Source: a bacterium (lineage in GTDB: Bacteria; Electryoneota; Electryoneia; Electryoneales; Electryoneaceae). From it: a stretch of DNA of 64,000 bases. The stretch covers positions 1,984,001 to 2,048,000 of the forward strand of contig OY769902.1 in the NCBI GenBank assembly GCA_963669175.1, written 5' to 3'. Both the position numbers and the translations under genes were made by a program. Each line of letters begins with the position of its first letter. Position 1 is the stretch's first letter. The notes under the pieces are model-generated. The model was given only the letters and a program-made list of their open reading frames with translations. It was not told the DNA's origin and made no database searches. Shown one piece after another: positions 39,799 to 49,918 of the stretch.

Positions 39799-40140
39799 TT
39801 ACTTCTTTACTGTATCCTGTTTACTGCCCAGCGAGTCCGGAGCAGGTTCCATCTCTACAACATCAACTGCAATCAGGGCGTCTTCCTCTGAGATTTCGAT
39901 GGTTTTCAGTGTCTCCTCGTCTGTCTCACGCAGGGGTTTGAGTCCCCACATGATGGCGACGACGATAAAGAGGAAGATGATGAACCGGAACGGACTTCGT
40001 TTCCGTCTTGTGTATTTGGATTGAGCGCGTTTTCCGGTGAAGTTGATACGGTCACGGACAGATTTTTCCTTCCGTTGATCGTAGTATACCGGTGTGTATT
40101 CAAACCGTTTGTGGGTCGGTCCTTTTCTGCCGAATAACAT
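39799..40140 (-). CDS. Hypothetical single-TM protein
   Basis: KRFEYTPVYYD motif and one TM; tightly packed between dacB and mutL. Confidence 0.75.
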   Translation of the reverse strand: MLFGRKGPTHKRFEYTPVYYDQRKEKSVRDRINFTGKRAQSKYTRRKRSPFRFIIFLFIVVAIMWGLKPLRETDEETLKTIEISEEDALIAVDVVEMEPAPDSLGSKQDTVKK

Positions 40141-41672
40141 CAGTTCGCCTCCACACCATATTGATCGAGGAGTTGAAGCACACTGACGATGTACCGGTCA
40201 AGGTCCGCGGAAAGATTCCCGAACGAATTATTAGAATCAGCCGTCGGGCTGTTGTTTACTATCACACAGAACGTCCCTATCGGGTTCCCGTCATCATCCA
40301 GAAAATACCCGGCGAGACTACGGTTGCGAGACATGCTCCCGGTTTTTGCCCGGATACGTCCGAAACCATTCAACAGACGGTTTTCCAAGGTTGATCCGGT
40401 CTCACCCGGTTCTGGCAAGAGATCAAGCCAGCGTTCTCCCCAGCGATTGTGCGAATATAACAGCAAGTCAGTTACCTGCTGTGGGGAAAGGTTATCCCGC
40501 CGGGCAAGACCGCTGCCGTCCATGCTGTTCGAGGTCACGCCATCAACCTGTAGTTCATTATAGATAGTCGCTGCGTCTGCGAATTCCACATGGTCTTCTA
40601 CAACACGTGATGTTGTATACAGCAGTTGTTCCGCCCAGAGGTTATTGCTGGTCTTCAGCATGGCGCTGACCAGGCTGTCCAGGGGAAGACTCTGATGAAT
40701 AATGCCAATGGTTTCCCCTTCTGGGCGTTCAGGAGCGAATAGCGTGGGCGCCACCGAATCACCGCCCGTTATCCCGGTAAGGAAGAATGCCTGCCGCAGT
40801 GCATCGGCGGTCAACATCCGGGGGTCTTGAGCATTGAAGGTTTCGCCTTGCCACAGTGACAAGTCCCAATCAGCAGGTTGATCTTCTTCGTATGTGAATG
40901 TGCCCTGGTTCAAGCCAAACAGGATGTTAAAATCGCTCAGACGATAAGAGGCGTAATTCATACTCCAGAACGCATGCGAGGGACAACAGCGAGCAATGGT
41001 GTTTGGTCCCCAATGTCCTTCCACTTTAACCAGGCCGTCGTTCCAGCTCAACTGGCTGACGACTGGAGCGTAACGGTACATCAGGTCTTCCGACTCCCAG
41101 TTAAAGGGAGGCACAATAAGCCCGGCGGGAATGATTTTACCATCTATTTGTCGCAAGCCCTTCAGGTAAAACAGTTCAGCCCATGCTTTCAGGTGTTCCC
41201 AGGGCCATTCCGCGTAAGGCCGCGAACCGGACAGCGAAGGATCCCAGCCACCTTTGATCACCAGGTCGCCATGCAGAACTCCGGCAGAATCCATGGGGCC
41301 GGTGCTGTAGATTTCCGTTTCCCAGCGATAGTCTTCCGGCAGGCTGTGCAAGACATACGCTGCTGTGATCAACTTCATGACAGAAGAGGGGACCATAAGC
41401 CGGTTGGGATCATAGGCGTACAGCGCTGATCCGTCCATGGCGCGAATATCAAGGGCAACAGTCGCTCCGAGCTCTTCTTCATTGATCACCAGGAGACTGT
41501 CCGCGGTGGCGGAAAGCTGTTGTTCCAGCGTAGGGATTTCATGTTCCGGTGAACGGAACAGACCGCTGGAACAACCTGCCAGAAGGAAAAATGACAGGCC
41601 GACAGTAAAAAGAAGGTGTATCGGGTGAAATCGCGGAATCATTACTCTAGTACCGTTCTTCTCTGAAGTCAA
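40140..41672 (-). CDS. dacB: D-alanyl-D-alanine carboxypeptidase/endopeptidase (PBP4, S13), lipoprotein
   Basis: PSSVMK (SxxK), SNN, KTG, DGSGL; lipobox LAG|C. Confidence 0.92.
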   Translation of the reverse strand: MTSEKNGTRVMIPRFHPIHLLFTVGLSFFLLAGCSSGLFRSPEHEIPTLEQQLSATADSLLVINEEELGATVALDIRAMDGSALYAYDPNRLMVPSSVMKLITAAYVLHSLPEDYRWETEIYSTGPMDSAGVLHGDLVIKGGWDPSLSGSRPYAEWPWEHLKAWAELFYLKGLRQIDGKIIPAGLIVPPFNWESEDLMYRYAPVVSQLSWNDGLVKVEGHWGPNTIARCCPSHAFWSMNYASYRLSDFNILFGLNQGTFTYEEDQPADWDLSLWQGETFNAQDPRMLTADALRQAFFLTGITGGDSVAPTLFAPERPEGETIGIIHQSLPLDSLVSAMLKTSNNLWAEQLLYTTSRVVEDHVEFADAATIYNELQVDGVTSNSMDGSGLARRDNLSPQQVTDLLLYSHNRWGERWLDLLPEPGETGSTLENRLLNGFGRIRAKTGSMSRNRSLAGYFLDDDGNPIGTFCVIVNNSPTADSNNSFGNLSADLDRYIVSVLQLLDQYGVEAN

Positions 41673-41714
41673 CCGTTCAATATACGCATCCGGAACACGG
41701 AGAATGCAGAGAGA

Positions 41715-42350
41715 TTACTGTCCGGCGAAAAGATGCAGGAAAAAATCCGTGATCGGCCCCAGAACCGACCAGATAAGCGAATAGCCGCTGACCATACCGA
41801 ACAGGATAATGGCTACAAGGACAACCCCGCCATAGCGTTCGAAGAGGCGGTACTGTTTTTCGTACCGATCCGGCCAAACGGAATGCAGGATGCGTGATCC
41901 ATCCAACGGCGGGATCGGGATCAGGTTAAAGATGCCGAGGCTGATGTTGATATACATCCCGGCAAATAACAACTGGTATACGATGGCTGCCACACCATAC
42001 TGCGGTTCGCCGATCATACGCAGCAACAGCCCGAACACCGCAGCGACCAGCATGTTGGTTATCGGACCGGCCAGGGCAACCAGCAGCATGTCACGTTTGG
42101 CGTTTTGGAAATAGGTCGGATTGACCCGTACCGGTTTGGCCCAGCCAAAATGCACGATGAACAGCATGATCGTGCCAATCAGGTCCAGGTGCTTGATCGG
42201 GTTGAGGGTGAGGCGGCCATCACGTCGTGGAGTCGGGTCGCCCAAACGATCCGCCACGATACCGTGAGCCAACTCATGCAGGGTCAGACCCAACAGGATC
42301 GAAGGAGCCAGAAGTAACAATAATTTGGGATCACCCATGACGAGCCTCAC
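41715..42350 (-). CDS. Site-2 protease (M50)
   Basis: HELAH, GDPTP...RLTLNP, ALAGP, FNLIPIPPLDG. Confidence 0.95.
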   Translation of the reverse strand: MRLVMGDPKLLLLLAPSILLGLTLHELAHGIVADRLGDPTPRRDGRLTLNPIKHLDLIGTIMLFIVHFGWAKPVRVNPTYFQNAKRDMLLVALAGPITNMLVAAVFGLLLRMIGEPQYGVAAIVYQLLFAGMYINISLGIFNLIPIPPLDGSRILHSVWPDRYEKQYRLFERYGGVVLVAIILFGMVSGYSLIWSVLGPITDFFLHLFAGQ

Positions 42351-42479
42351 ACCTCACGTTTTGCAATGTGTCTATCTTCTGCGCAATATAGGTTTCCAAC
42401 ACAAGGGAACCAATGTCCTCTTATACGGTAGAACCTGGGATGAGTTTCAATTGCGTCAAATAAGGAGTATCTTGTAACC

Positions 42480-43043
42480 ATGGCAAACGGAAATGCGTCG
42501 ATCAATACGGATAACCAGCTTCCCGGGTTATCGATTCGTGACATGGTGCGTCAGGCGTCCCTCCAGTTGCGTGGGACCAGCCGTAAGACGGACAACGGGT
42601 ATATTATTGAAATGCGTAATTACAGCGAGAATCTGCTGACGCGCATATACCTGATGCGGTCTAAAGCTATTCCCGGCGCAACGGATTTGAAGGTGGAGAC
42701 GGGCAAGCTGAAAGACGAGGTGATCACGTCTGCGATTACCCTGGCGAATATCCTGCATCTGTACGTGACCTGGGAATCTCACGGAATGGTGAGTTTCTGC
42801 TATGCCAATGATGGACGTTTTACCCTGGTCAATGTCAGTTACGAGACCGGCTCGTTTATCCTGAACAGTATTGATCGTCGAGCCAATGAAAAGGTGGACG
42901 AGATTTCTGCATCCGCACGCACTCAGCGTCGAACATTCTACCATATAGGCACCCTCTTTGACCGAGCCAAGCAGGTAGTTGATGAAAGCGAAATCATTGA
43001 TGAGGCGGAAGAACGGCACGATCAGGAAGCAAAACAGAACTAG
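42480..43043 (+). CDS. Hypothetical protein
   Basis: 187-aa ORF with SD AAGGAG, co-oriented with prmA; no recognised motif. Confidence 0.7.
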   Translation: MANGNASINTDNQLPGLSIRDMVRQASLQLRGTSRKTDNGYIIEMRNYSENLLTRIYLMRSKAIPGATDLKVETGKLKDEVITSAITLANILHLYVTWESHGMVSFCYANDGRFTLVNVSYETGSFILNSIDRRANEKVDEISASARTQRRTFYHIGTLFDRAKQVVDESEIIDEAEERHDQEAKQN

Positions 43044-43074
43044 GTAACGATAGACCTCCCACCCCGAGAAAGTC

Positions 43075-43956
43075 ATGCAAAGCGAATCCAAGTATCCGGT
43101 CTGGATAGATGTTGTTATGCCCGGCGGCGATCTCGCCCTGGAGCTGTTGAGCGAGCCCTTGTCGGGATTGTCCCCTGCGGGATTACGGACTGACGATGAC
43201 AAGCTGCATGTTTACTTCACGACCGAACAATGGTCGGATGAATACCTGCAACGTATCGAGTCCATTCGTAAACCGTTCCTCGCTGAGAAGCTGTTGCCGG
43301 AAGGGCAGGTGGAAGTACTGGAAGCGCCGTGGGAAGACTGGGTCGCACGCTGGCGGATGAAACTTGGGCCGATCCGTGCCGGAAATCATTTTGTGATTGT
43401 GCCGCCTATCATCGAATTTGAGCCTGCAGCGGATGACAAGGTGCTCTGGATTGAACCACGTATGGCATTCGGAACCGGGGAACATGCGACAACTCGCATG
43501 GCGCTGGCGTTGCTGGAAGAAATCGAGGCTCCGGCGAAACGGGTTCTGGATCTCGGCTGCGGCAATGGTGTGCTGGCGCTTGGCGCAATGTTGTTGGGCG
43601 CTGCGGAAACCGTGTGTCTTGATAATGAACAGGAAGCTGTGGATGAAACCCTTGAGAACCTGGCTAATCATGGGTTCAAAGACAAGATGACTGTTTTTCT
43701 GGGTGACGCCATACAGCCGGATGTGACAGGAGAGTTCGACCTGGTCTTTGCCAATATTCTCTATCTGCCTATCCTGAAAGGACTTGCGAGATGGACTGAA
43801 CTGGCGCCGGAGGGCGGGCAGTGTGTCCTGACCGGTATACAGGCTGGCGAGGAAGAGCTGGCGGTGCGTTCGAAAGCGAAAGAGCTGGGGTGGCGGGAAG
43901 TGTCAGCCCGTCATGAAGGGAATTGGTACGCGGGACGGTATATCAAGTCTGCCTGA
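43075..43956 (+). CDS. prmA: Ribosomal protein L11 methyltransferase
   Basis: EDW...IEPRMAFGTGEHATT, VLDLGCGNGVL, FANI. Confidence 0.93.
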   Translation: MQSESKYPVWIDVVMPGGDLALELLSEPLSGLSPAGLRTDDDKLHVYFTTEQWSDEYLQRIESIRKPFLAEKLLPEGQVEVLEAPWEDWVARWRMKLGPIRAGNHFVIVPPIIEFEPAADDKVLWIEPRMAFGTGEHATTRMALALLEEIEAPAKRVLDLGCGNGVLALGAMLLGAAETVCLDNEQEAVDETLENLANHGFKDKMTVFLGDAIQPDVTGEFDLVFANILYLPILKGLARWTELAPEGGQCVLTGIQAGEEELAVRSKAKELGWREVSARHEGNWYAGRYIKSA

Positions 43957-44010
43957 AAATGTTGAACGGTGAACATTCGTAGTCATCGGTATAGTTTGGG
44001 AAGAATGCTT

Positions 44011-44136
44011 TTCTCGATTTGTTTCCGTCACAATTGAGATTGCCGGGAAAAGGGGACGGAATCCTTTTCCTTGCGCGTATATAAAACATCTTTACCAATA
44101 CAAGACTTCTGGAACAGGAAGCTGTCCCCTTTTTCC
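44011..44136 (-). repeat. REP-doublet element family A, copy 2
   Basis: Reverse complement GGAAAAGGATTCCGTCCCCTTTTCCCGGCAATCTCAATTGTGACGGAAACAAATCGAGAA closely matches 23083-23141. Confidence 0.8.
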
Positions 44137-44216
44137 ATATCCTTTCTTCCAACCACACGGTGAATCTCTCGTTTTGTTATAAGATTTTGTTTTTTATGGA
44201 AATGACAATAGACAAC

Positions 44217-44350
44217 GACAAACCCTGTCTAACAACTCCGAAGGAGTTGGATAAGTGAGCCCCGGGTACGTGCCATCAGTCTGGCTAATGTCCGTTTGGT
44301 CAGATTGGTAGAGTAGGATCGGGTTATATTCTACCTGAAAAGGGTTGTCA
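44217..44350. repeat. Palindromic REP-like element (degenerate, family C-like)
   Basis: GACAAACCCT/AGGGTTGTC arms, CAACTCC-gaa-GGAGTTG, AGCCCCGGGT and an internal ATCAGTCTGGC/GTCAGATTGGT hairpin. Confidence 0.55.
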
Positions 44351-44579
44351 TAATGTGTTCATTTCAGTAGCGATCATTCCCTTGGTTCAGGGCTTGAGAA
44401 ATCAGATGGAACCCTGCTATATTAAGAGACGTAAAACAAAAACGGGAAGCCGGAGTAACAACCGTCCACTGGAGAACTTACCTCTTTCGTCTTGCGCACA
44501 CGTTTGCACGTTCCTTTACTTCAGAACATCCAAATCAATACCGGGGTATTGTATGCCCTGGACCAACATTGAGGTATTT

Positions 44580-45893
44580 ATGCCACAGATCCGGGACAGA
44601 TTCCGGTACAACAGGCGCGGAACAGTACTCCTTTCCGGGAGGATGAGTATTATCCTTCTGGTAGCGCTGTCTGGCATGTTTTTCTTGACGGGATGTGATT
44701 CATCAGATGATACTGATTCGGTTCCGGATTCCGGCGATCTGGGTATCATGATGGAATCCCTGGAGTTCCCGGCATTGTGGGTATCCCAGTCAGAGACATT
44801 CCGTGCTGTCACCGCTGAGATCAGTTTGAGCCAGAGCTGGACGCAGGCTATTGAGAATGGAACGGAATCCTGGCCTGTAGTATACCTTCTGTTGGTGCCA
44901 GTCGATAACCAGGCCGCCTATTTTTCAGTGCAATTAAGTGATGATGGCGGTGGTAGTCCGTTGGATTCTGCGAGCACACCCGATTTTCAGACGACCTGGT
45001 CAGGCGACCTGATCCCGCATGACCTGCAATACAGCACGAACCTCAATTCCTTCTTTGCTGACCAGTCCGGGCAATACCTGGTAGGGGTTTACAGTCCTTC
45101 CCTGGGATATACGCCTGGTGGTGATTTGCCGGATGCCCTGTCCCTGGAGCCGGACTATTACCTGGTTGATACTGTGATGGTGACGAACAATGCCGCGCCT
45201 TTCATCTCCTCACTGACTTTACCGGACAGCTTGCCCAGTGGATTTGAAGAACAGACCTGGACAGTGGAAGTGGTTGATCCAGATGCTGATTTCGGTGACT
45301 GGGTGGAAAACGTATCCATGGATATGTATCATAATTACAACCTGGCCAGAACGCTCCAGTTTACCAAGGTTCAAACCGGGATATGGACTTTCAGTGTTGA
45401 TGCTTCCTTCGCAGCGGCCTATCCGACGGATGAGTATATTTTCATCGTAAATGCTTCAGATCGGTTTGGTAACGTGGCGGATAGCAACAGGACAGTCTGG
45501 ATGGAAAACCTGCCTGCAGTGACTTCGAATTTCACTACACCGGATACGGTTGTTGTGCCGTTGGAAGGGGCAAATCTTTATGTCATGACAGTAGAAGTGC
45601 ATGACCCGCAAACAGATCTGGATATTGAAAGTGTATATTACGAAGTAATGCGTCCAGGTGAATCAGTCTGGCTTGGTGATGAATCCTTTACATTCAATGA
45701 TTCAGGGCCGGATAATGAAGACAGCCAGGATGAAGTTGCCGGCGATCATATTTGGACAGCAGGAATAATCACCGTGTCAACAAACAACAACTTCGGCACA
45801 TTCCATTTTCGTGTAATCGCACGTGATAGAGCAGGGAATGAAAGCGAACCCATCGTACGAGATATCGTCATGGTACAGGAGGAAGGGCTGTGA
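44580..45893 (+). CDS. Acidic lipoprotein with Ig-like/beta-sandwich repeats
   Basis: SD GAGG with ATG 44580; lipobox LTG|C; LSDDG...GD and FNDSG...DEVAGDHIWT (choice-of-anchor X-like) motifs. Confidence 0.75.
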   Translation: MPQIRDRFRYNRRGTVLLSGRMSIILLVALSGMFFLTGCDSSDDTDSVPDSGDLGIMMESLEFPALWVSQSETFRAVTAEISLSQSWTQAIENGTESWPVVYLLLVPVDNQAAYFSVQLSDDGGGSPLDSASTPDFQTTWSGDLIPHDLQYSTNLNSFFADQSGQYLVGVYSPSLGYTPGGDLPDALSLEPDYYLVDTVMVTNNAAPFISSLTLPDSLPSGFEEQTWTVEVVDPDADFGDWVENVSMDMYHNYNLARTLQFTKVQTGIWTFSVDASFAAAYPTDEYIFIVNASDRFGNVADSNRTVWMENLPAVTSNFTTPDTVVVPLEGANLYVMTVEVHDPQTDLDIESVYYEVMRPGESVWLGDESFTFNDSGPDNEDSQDEVAGDHIWTAGIITVSTNNNFGTFHFRVIARDRAGNESEPIVRDIVMVQEEGL

Positions 45894-47443
45894 GAACTAG
45901 ACACGTGATAGGTATCCTGTTTGTTCTGATGGCCTGTCCACTGGTACTTCAAGCCGGTGGGCCGGAACTATACCCCGGACCGTTCACATGCAGTACCGAG
46001 CTGATTCCGGCGCCGAAACTTTTATCCTCTGATGGCGACAGCAGGTTGCTTTCCAATTCCATCATAGACCTGGAACTGACCGATCAATATCTCTGGGCTG
46101 CTACCGGAAATGGCCTGGCCAGGATGAGTCATGTCGGCACCGGGATCTTGAATTCAACTCCTGCGAATGGTTTTGGCAGTGGCGGTGTCAGTGGATTGGC
46201 GCCCTGCGTTACCAGTTGGGGGGCAGAGGTAATCTGGGCAGCCACAGCGATTGACACAACCATCAGCGGCACAGACTATGCCGCAGGAGGTGGCGTGGGG
46301 TACTCGCTGGATAATGGCGAAACCTGGGTATGGATGTCGCAGCCGGTTGATCCAGTTGACGCGGAAGGGATGAGCCCCACAACGGTCAGTGTACAGAATG
46401 TCACTTATGATATTGCAGTATTGAATGACCGAGTCTGGATCGCGAGCTGGGCTGGTGGCCTTCGTTATTTCGATATGACGCCGGAACGATTGGAAGCCGG
46501 ACGTGACAGTGTTGAATGGGTCAATCGTCCTCCGGATGATGAGGAGTTTGATGTTCTGAACAACCTGAATCACCGTGCGTTCTCCATTGCGGTTATGGAT
46601 ACCATGCTGTGGGTGGGGACTGCTGCGGGGATTAACCTGTCTCGTGATAATGGGGAAACCTGGCAACGGTTCAGCCATTCGGGTACGTATGACGGCACGA
46701 TTACCGGGAATTTTGTCACCGCGATGGGGGTGCAGGAACATTCCAACGGTCAATTCGCGCTATGGGCCGCAACCTGGGTGGCAGAAGGAAGCAGCCAGTA
46801 TTACGGTGTTTCCATGACAAACGATTACGGATCAACCTGGCGCAGGGTCATGGGGTCGATTGAAAACCCTGTGCGCGCTCACAACTTTGCCTTTTCCGAT
46901 ACCATCGCTTACGTGGCAACAGATGACGGCTTGTTCAAAAGCGTGGATGCAGGTGAAAACTGGGGGCAATTCCCCCAGATTCACGATGCCGCATCAGGTG
47001 AAACTATTTACGAGCCGGAAATATACAGTGCAGCTACCAATGCTGCCGCTCCCGAACGGTTGTATGCCGGTGGGCCGGGTGGTCTGGCTATCAGCCCGGA
47101 CAGGGGAAATCGCTGGTTGATTCTGAGGAGCTTCCCTTTGCCGGGACGAAACGGTCAGCCGAACAGTTATGCTTACCCGAACCCGTTTTCGCCAAGTCGT
47201 TTTGATGTTGTCCGTATCCAGTACCATCTCCAGAATAATGGGAGTGTCACCTTGGAGATTTATGATTTCGCCATGGAATTACTGATTCGCCTGGTCGATG
47301 ATGAATGGCGGTCAGCAGGTGAACGGTGTGAAATCTGGAATGGTTACGGTCCCAATGGCGCTGAGATCGCCAACGGTGTTTATTTCTACAGGCTCGAGGT
47401 TGCCGGTAAGGAATCCTGGGGCAAAATCATGATACTGGATTGA
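45890..47443 (+). CDS. Secreted BNR/Asp-box beta-propeller with FlgD-Ig-type CTD
   Basis: SLDNGETW, SRDNGETW, SVDAGENW repeats; YAYPNPFSP...WNG...IANGVYFY...GKIMIL. Confidence 0.85.
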   Translation: MRTRHVIGILFVLMACPLVLQAGGPELYPGPFTCSTELIPAPKLLSSDGDSRLLSNSIIDLELTDQYLWAATGNGLARMSHVGTGILNSTPANGFGSGGVSGLAPCVTSWGAEVIWAATAIDTTISGTDYAAGGGVGYSLDNGETWVWMSQPVDPVDAEGMSPTTVSVQNVTYDIAVLNDRVWIASWAGGLRYFDMTPERLEAGRDSVEWVNRPPDDEEFDVLNNLNHRAFSIAVMDTMLWVGTAAGINLSRDNGETWQRFSHSGTYDGTITGNFVTAMGVQEHSNGQFALWAATWVAEGSSQYYGVSMTNDYGSTWRRVMGSIENPVRAHNFAFSDTIAYVATDDGLFKSVDAGENWGQFPQIHDAASGETIYEPEIYSAATNAAAPERLYAGGPGGLAISPDRGNRWLILRSFPLPGRNGQPNSYAYPNPFSPSRFDVVRIQYHLQNNGSVTLEIYDFAMELLIRLVDDEWRSAGERCEIWNGYGPNGAEIANGVYFYRLEVAGKESWGKIMILD

Positions 47444-47454
47444 GGAGGGTGACG

Positions 47455-48924
47455 ATGACTACTTCGACACGAACGACCCTCCTTTCCGGAGGAGCTTCGA
47501 AAGCAAAGCAGATCACTTTGACGAAGGCGAACCTGATGAACCGGGTGACTGTACTTTTCTTGTTTGCCGCAACAGTGCTGATGTTAAGCCTGTTGACTGC
47601 AACGGGCGCACATGCTGAAGGTTATGCTGGTCAGGCAGGCGCATTCCTGCGTATGGGAGCCGGTGCCGCGTCGGTGGGTGGTGGTGATGCCGGGGTGGCA
47701 AGAGCGACCGGGCTGGAACAGGCTTATTACAATCCAGCAGGCCTGCCATATTCGCCCTCAAATGAAGTGCATGCCGGATACCACATCCTGTCGCTGGACC
47801 GTCAGTTGTATCACGTGGGCTTCATGTACCAGGTGCCACGGTTGACCTTCTGGAGTGATCCGATTGTTCCTTACGAGATCGTGCCTGCTGATGAAGAACA
47901 TACCTATCCACGATTGCTGAAACCGGGGTCCAGCCTGCGTCGCCGTGCAAGAGCCTTCAAGCCGGATGATTACCTGGAAGCCCTCGAAACGACAATTCTG
48001 CAAGTTGCGGAGACCGGCACACCCGCCGAGTATATCCTGCTGGTTATCAAGGATACGCCCTATTCGGCTCCGGAACTGGAAGAGCTGATTGTCGAGATGG
48101 CAAAGGAAGTTGCTGACAAGGGCATCACCACGACAACAGGTGTAAAAGACCTGCTCCGCCAGAAATATACGACAGAGCGATTGAAACCCGCCGCTGTAGC
48201 GTTAACCTGGACCCATGCCGGGGTGACAGATATTGAGGGCCGTGGTTTTGATGGTCGCGAGTACGGCACCCTGAGTTTTCATGAGAACCGGTTCGCGCTT
48301 TCATTCGGCTTGAAACTTCATCCGAAAGTCTCTATCGGCACCACTGTCGGCATCCTGTATGCCCTGATCCCCGATATGCTGGAAGAAGAATCCAAAGCGC
48401 TCACCTCAACCAATACCGGCGTTGATATCGGAATCCAGGTGCGGCCTTTTAACGGGAATGAAGTGCCTTACAGGCTGGAAACTCTGACGTTTGGCCTTGC
48501 GGCGTATGATCTCGGCGGGAAATACACCTGGAACACCACAGGCTACTGGAGCCAGGGAACAACCAAGGATGATAAATTCCCCAAGCGCTATCGTGCGGGA
48601 ATGAACTACCAGCCGGTGCAGGGGTTGGCGGTGTATGTTGACCTGGAAACGGATCTTGATGACTTGTTACGCGCCAAGGGTGGCTTCGAGTACGCCCTGT
48701 TCGGTTCTGTGCCGGAAGGTGGCAGCAGCATGATGAGTTACGGTTCAGTTCGTCCGCATGGCTTTGTCCTGCGTGCCGGCGTGGATCGTGACCGTCCGAC
48801 ATTCGGGTTCGGACTCGATGTGAAACTGAAGAGCCTTGGTGTGACACGGATTGACTATGCGTATGTCGTTGAGCCGGTCAGCCCGGACCCGACACAGGTG
48901 ATCTCATGGCGGTTCAGGTTTTAG
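47455..48924 (+). CDS. PorV/UPF0164-like outer-membrane beta-barrel with internal insertion
   Basis: AFLRMGAGA...AYYNPAGL N-terminal motif; LRAG, IDYAY, C-terminal Phe. Confidence 0.8.
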   Translation: MTTSTRTTLLSGGASKAKQITLTKANLMNRVTVLFLFAATVLMLSLLTATGAHAEGYAGQAGAFLRMGAGAASVGGGDAGVARATGLEQAYYNPAGLPYSPSNEVHAGYHILSLDRQLYHVGFMYQVPRLTFWSDPIVPYEIVPADEEHTYPRLLKPGSSLRRRARAFKPDDYLEALETTILQVAETGTPAEYILLVIKDTPYSAPELEELIVEMAKEVADKGITTTTGVKDLLRQKYTTERLKPAAVALTWTHAGVTDIEGRGFDGREYGTLSFHENRFALSFGLKLHPKVSIGTTVGILYALIPDMLEEESKALTSTNTGVDIGIQVRPFNGNEVPYRLETLTFGLAAYDLGGKYTWNTTGYWSQGTTKDDKFPKRYRAGMNYQPVQGLAVYVDLETDLDDLLRAKGGFEYALFGSVPEGGSSMMSYGSVRPHGFVLRAGVDRDRPTFGFGLDVKLKSLGVTRIDYAYVVEPVSPDPTQVISWRFRF

Positions 48925-48976
48925 TGGATCGATCTATTAGCCTGCGTTTCAGTCCATAAAATAAGTTGCTGTCAGC

Positions 48977-49005
48977 TTGACTCAACCCGGTTTTTCGCTC
49001 ACATT
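48977..49005 (+). promoter_or_regulatory. Sigma70-type promoter
   Basis: TTGACT-17 bp-CACATT. Confidence 0.4.
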
Positions 49006-49046
49006 GACAGCGAAAACAACATTCACCCATTACCGGGGATTTTGCC

Positions 49047-49820
49047 ATGAAGAGCATCTGGATTACAGCGTTTCAGCGTGATACTCATAAGGTTGACCTG
49101 ATCCTTTCACTGGCCCGTCATTATGGGCTTGATGGGAACGGTCACTTCTGGACAGATGATCTGAAGCAGATGGCCTGGCAGGCTCCGGCCGAGAAGCTGG
49201 TTGATCGTGATGTCGGACTTTGGGCGCTCCTGGCATCGCCGGAAGATCTGAAAGACCAATCGGTACGGTACGGTATTTCCTTGCTGGCCTTGACGGTACA
49301 GGCTGTCAAGGGTGTAGGATTCCCGATTTTTATCATCAATACGCAGCCGGATAAGTCCTTCACCAACCTGCCGACTCCTTTGGCAGGCGCTTCCGTTTAT
49401 TCAATCGAAGAAGAGACGCTGGGCGCGAAGTTCGCCGCGAAGGCTAACATGCCGGTTCCCAAGCGTGCCATGGACTATCGTATCGATGTCCACGCCAATC
49501 CCGGCTTCGGTGTCTGGTTTGAGCTGGGATCGATTGCAGGCGGAGAGTGGCAGGGCGCTTTGTGTGGAGTTACTGGGGGTGAGATTTCGGCGCATGGTGT
49601 CGGGCCTGCGGGTGAATTGCCCAAGACGACTGTGCTGGAATACCAGATGAAGGGACTCAAGCTCGAAGTCGGTGATGCGGAATACACCGCCTGGGCGGTC
49701 AAGAATCACCTCCCGGCTGACCAATCCTATTTTGTGCAGGTGCAGGACGTTCCGGATGGGCTGGTGTTCGGTTCACTGAGCGAGGATGACGAGCTGGATG
49801 CGCATGTTTTAAGATTCTAA
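49047..49820 (+). CDS. Hypothetical cytoplasmic protein
   Basis: 257-aa ORF, SD GGGGA, candidate own promoter and terminator; no recognised family. Confidence 0.8.
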   Translation: MKSIWITAFQRDTHKVDLILSLARHYGLDGNGHFWTDDLKQMAWQAPAEKLVDRDVGLWALLASPEDLKDQSVRYGISLLALTVQAVKGVGFPIFIINTQPDKSFTNLPTPLAGASVYSIEEETLGAKFAAKANMPVPKRAMDYRIDVHANPGFGVWFELGSIAGGEWQGALCGVTGGEISAHGVGPAGELPKTTVLEYQMKGLKLEVGDAEYTAWAVKNHLPADQSYFVQVQDVPDGLVFGSLSEDDELDAHVLRF

Positions 49821-49867
49821 GGTTTCAGGCTTTAAAGAGATTTCAGACAAGAAGTGATTTCGCCATA

Positions 49868-49899
49868 AACAGGGACAGGCCATTTGGTCTGTCCCTGTT
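49868..49899. terminator. Hairpin/terminator (REP-like, related to 50200-50227)
   Basis: AACAGGGACAGGCCA-tt-TGGTCTGTCCCTGTT. Confidence 0.7.
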
Positions 49900-49918
49900 G
49901 TACTTTCCAGGCTCTCCC

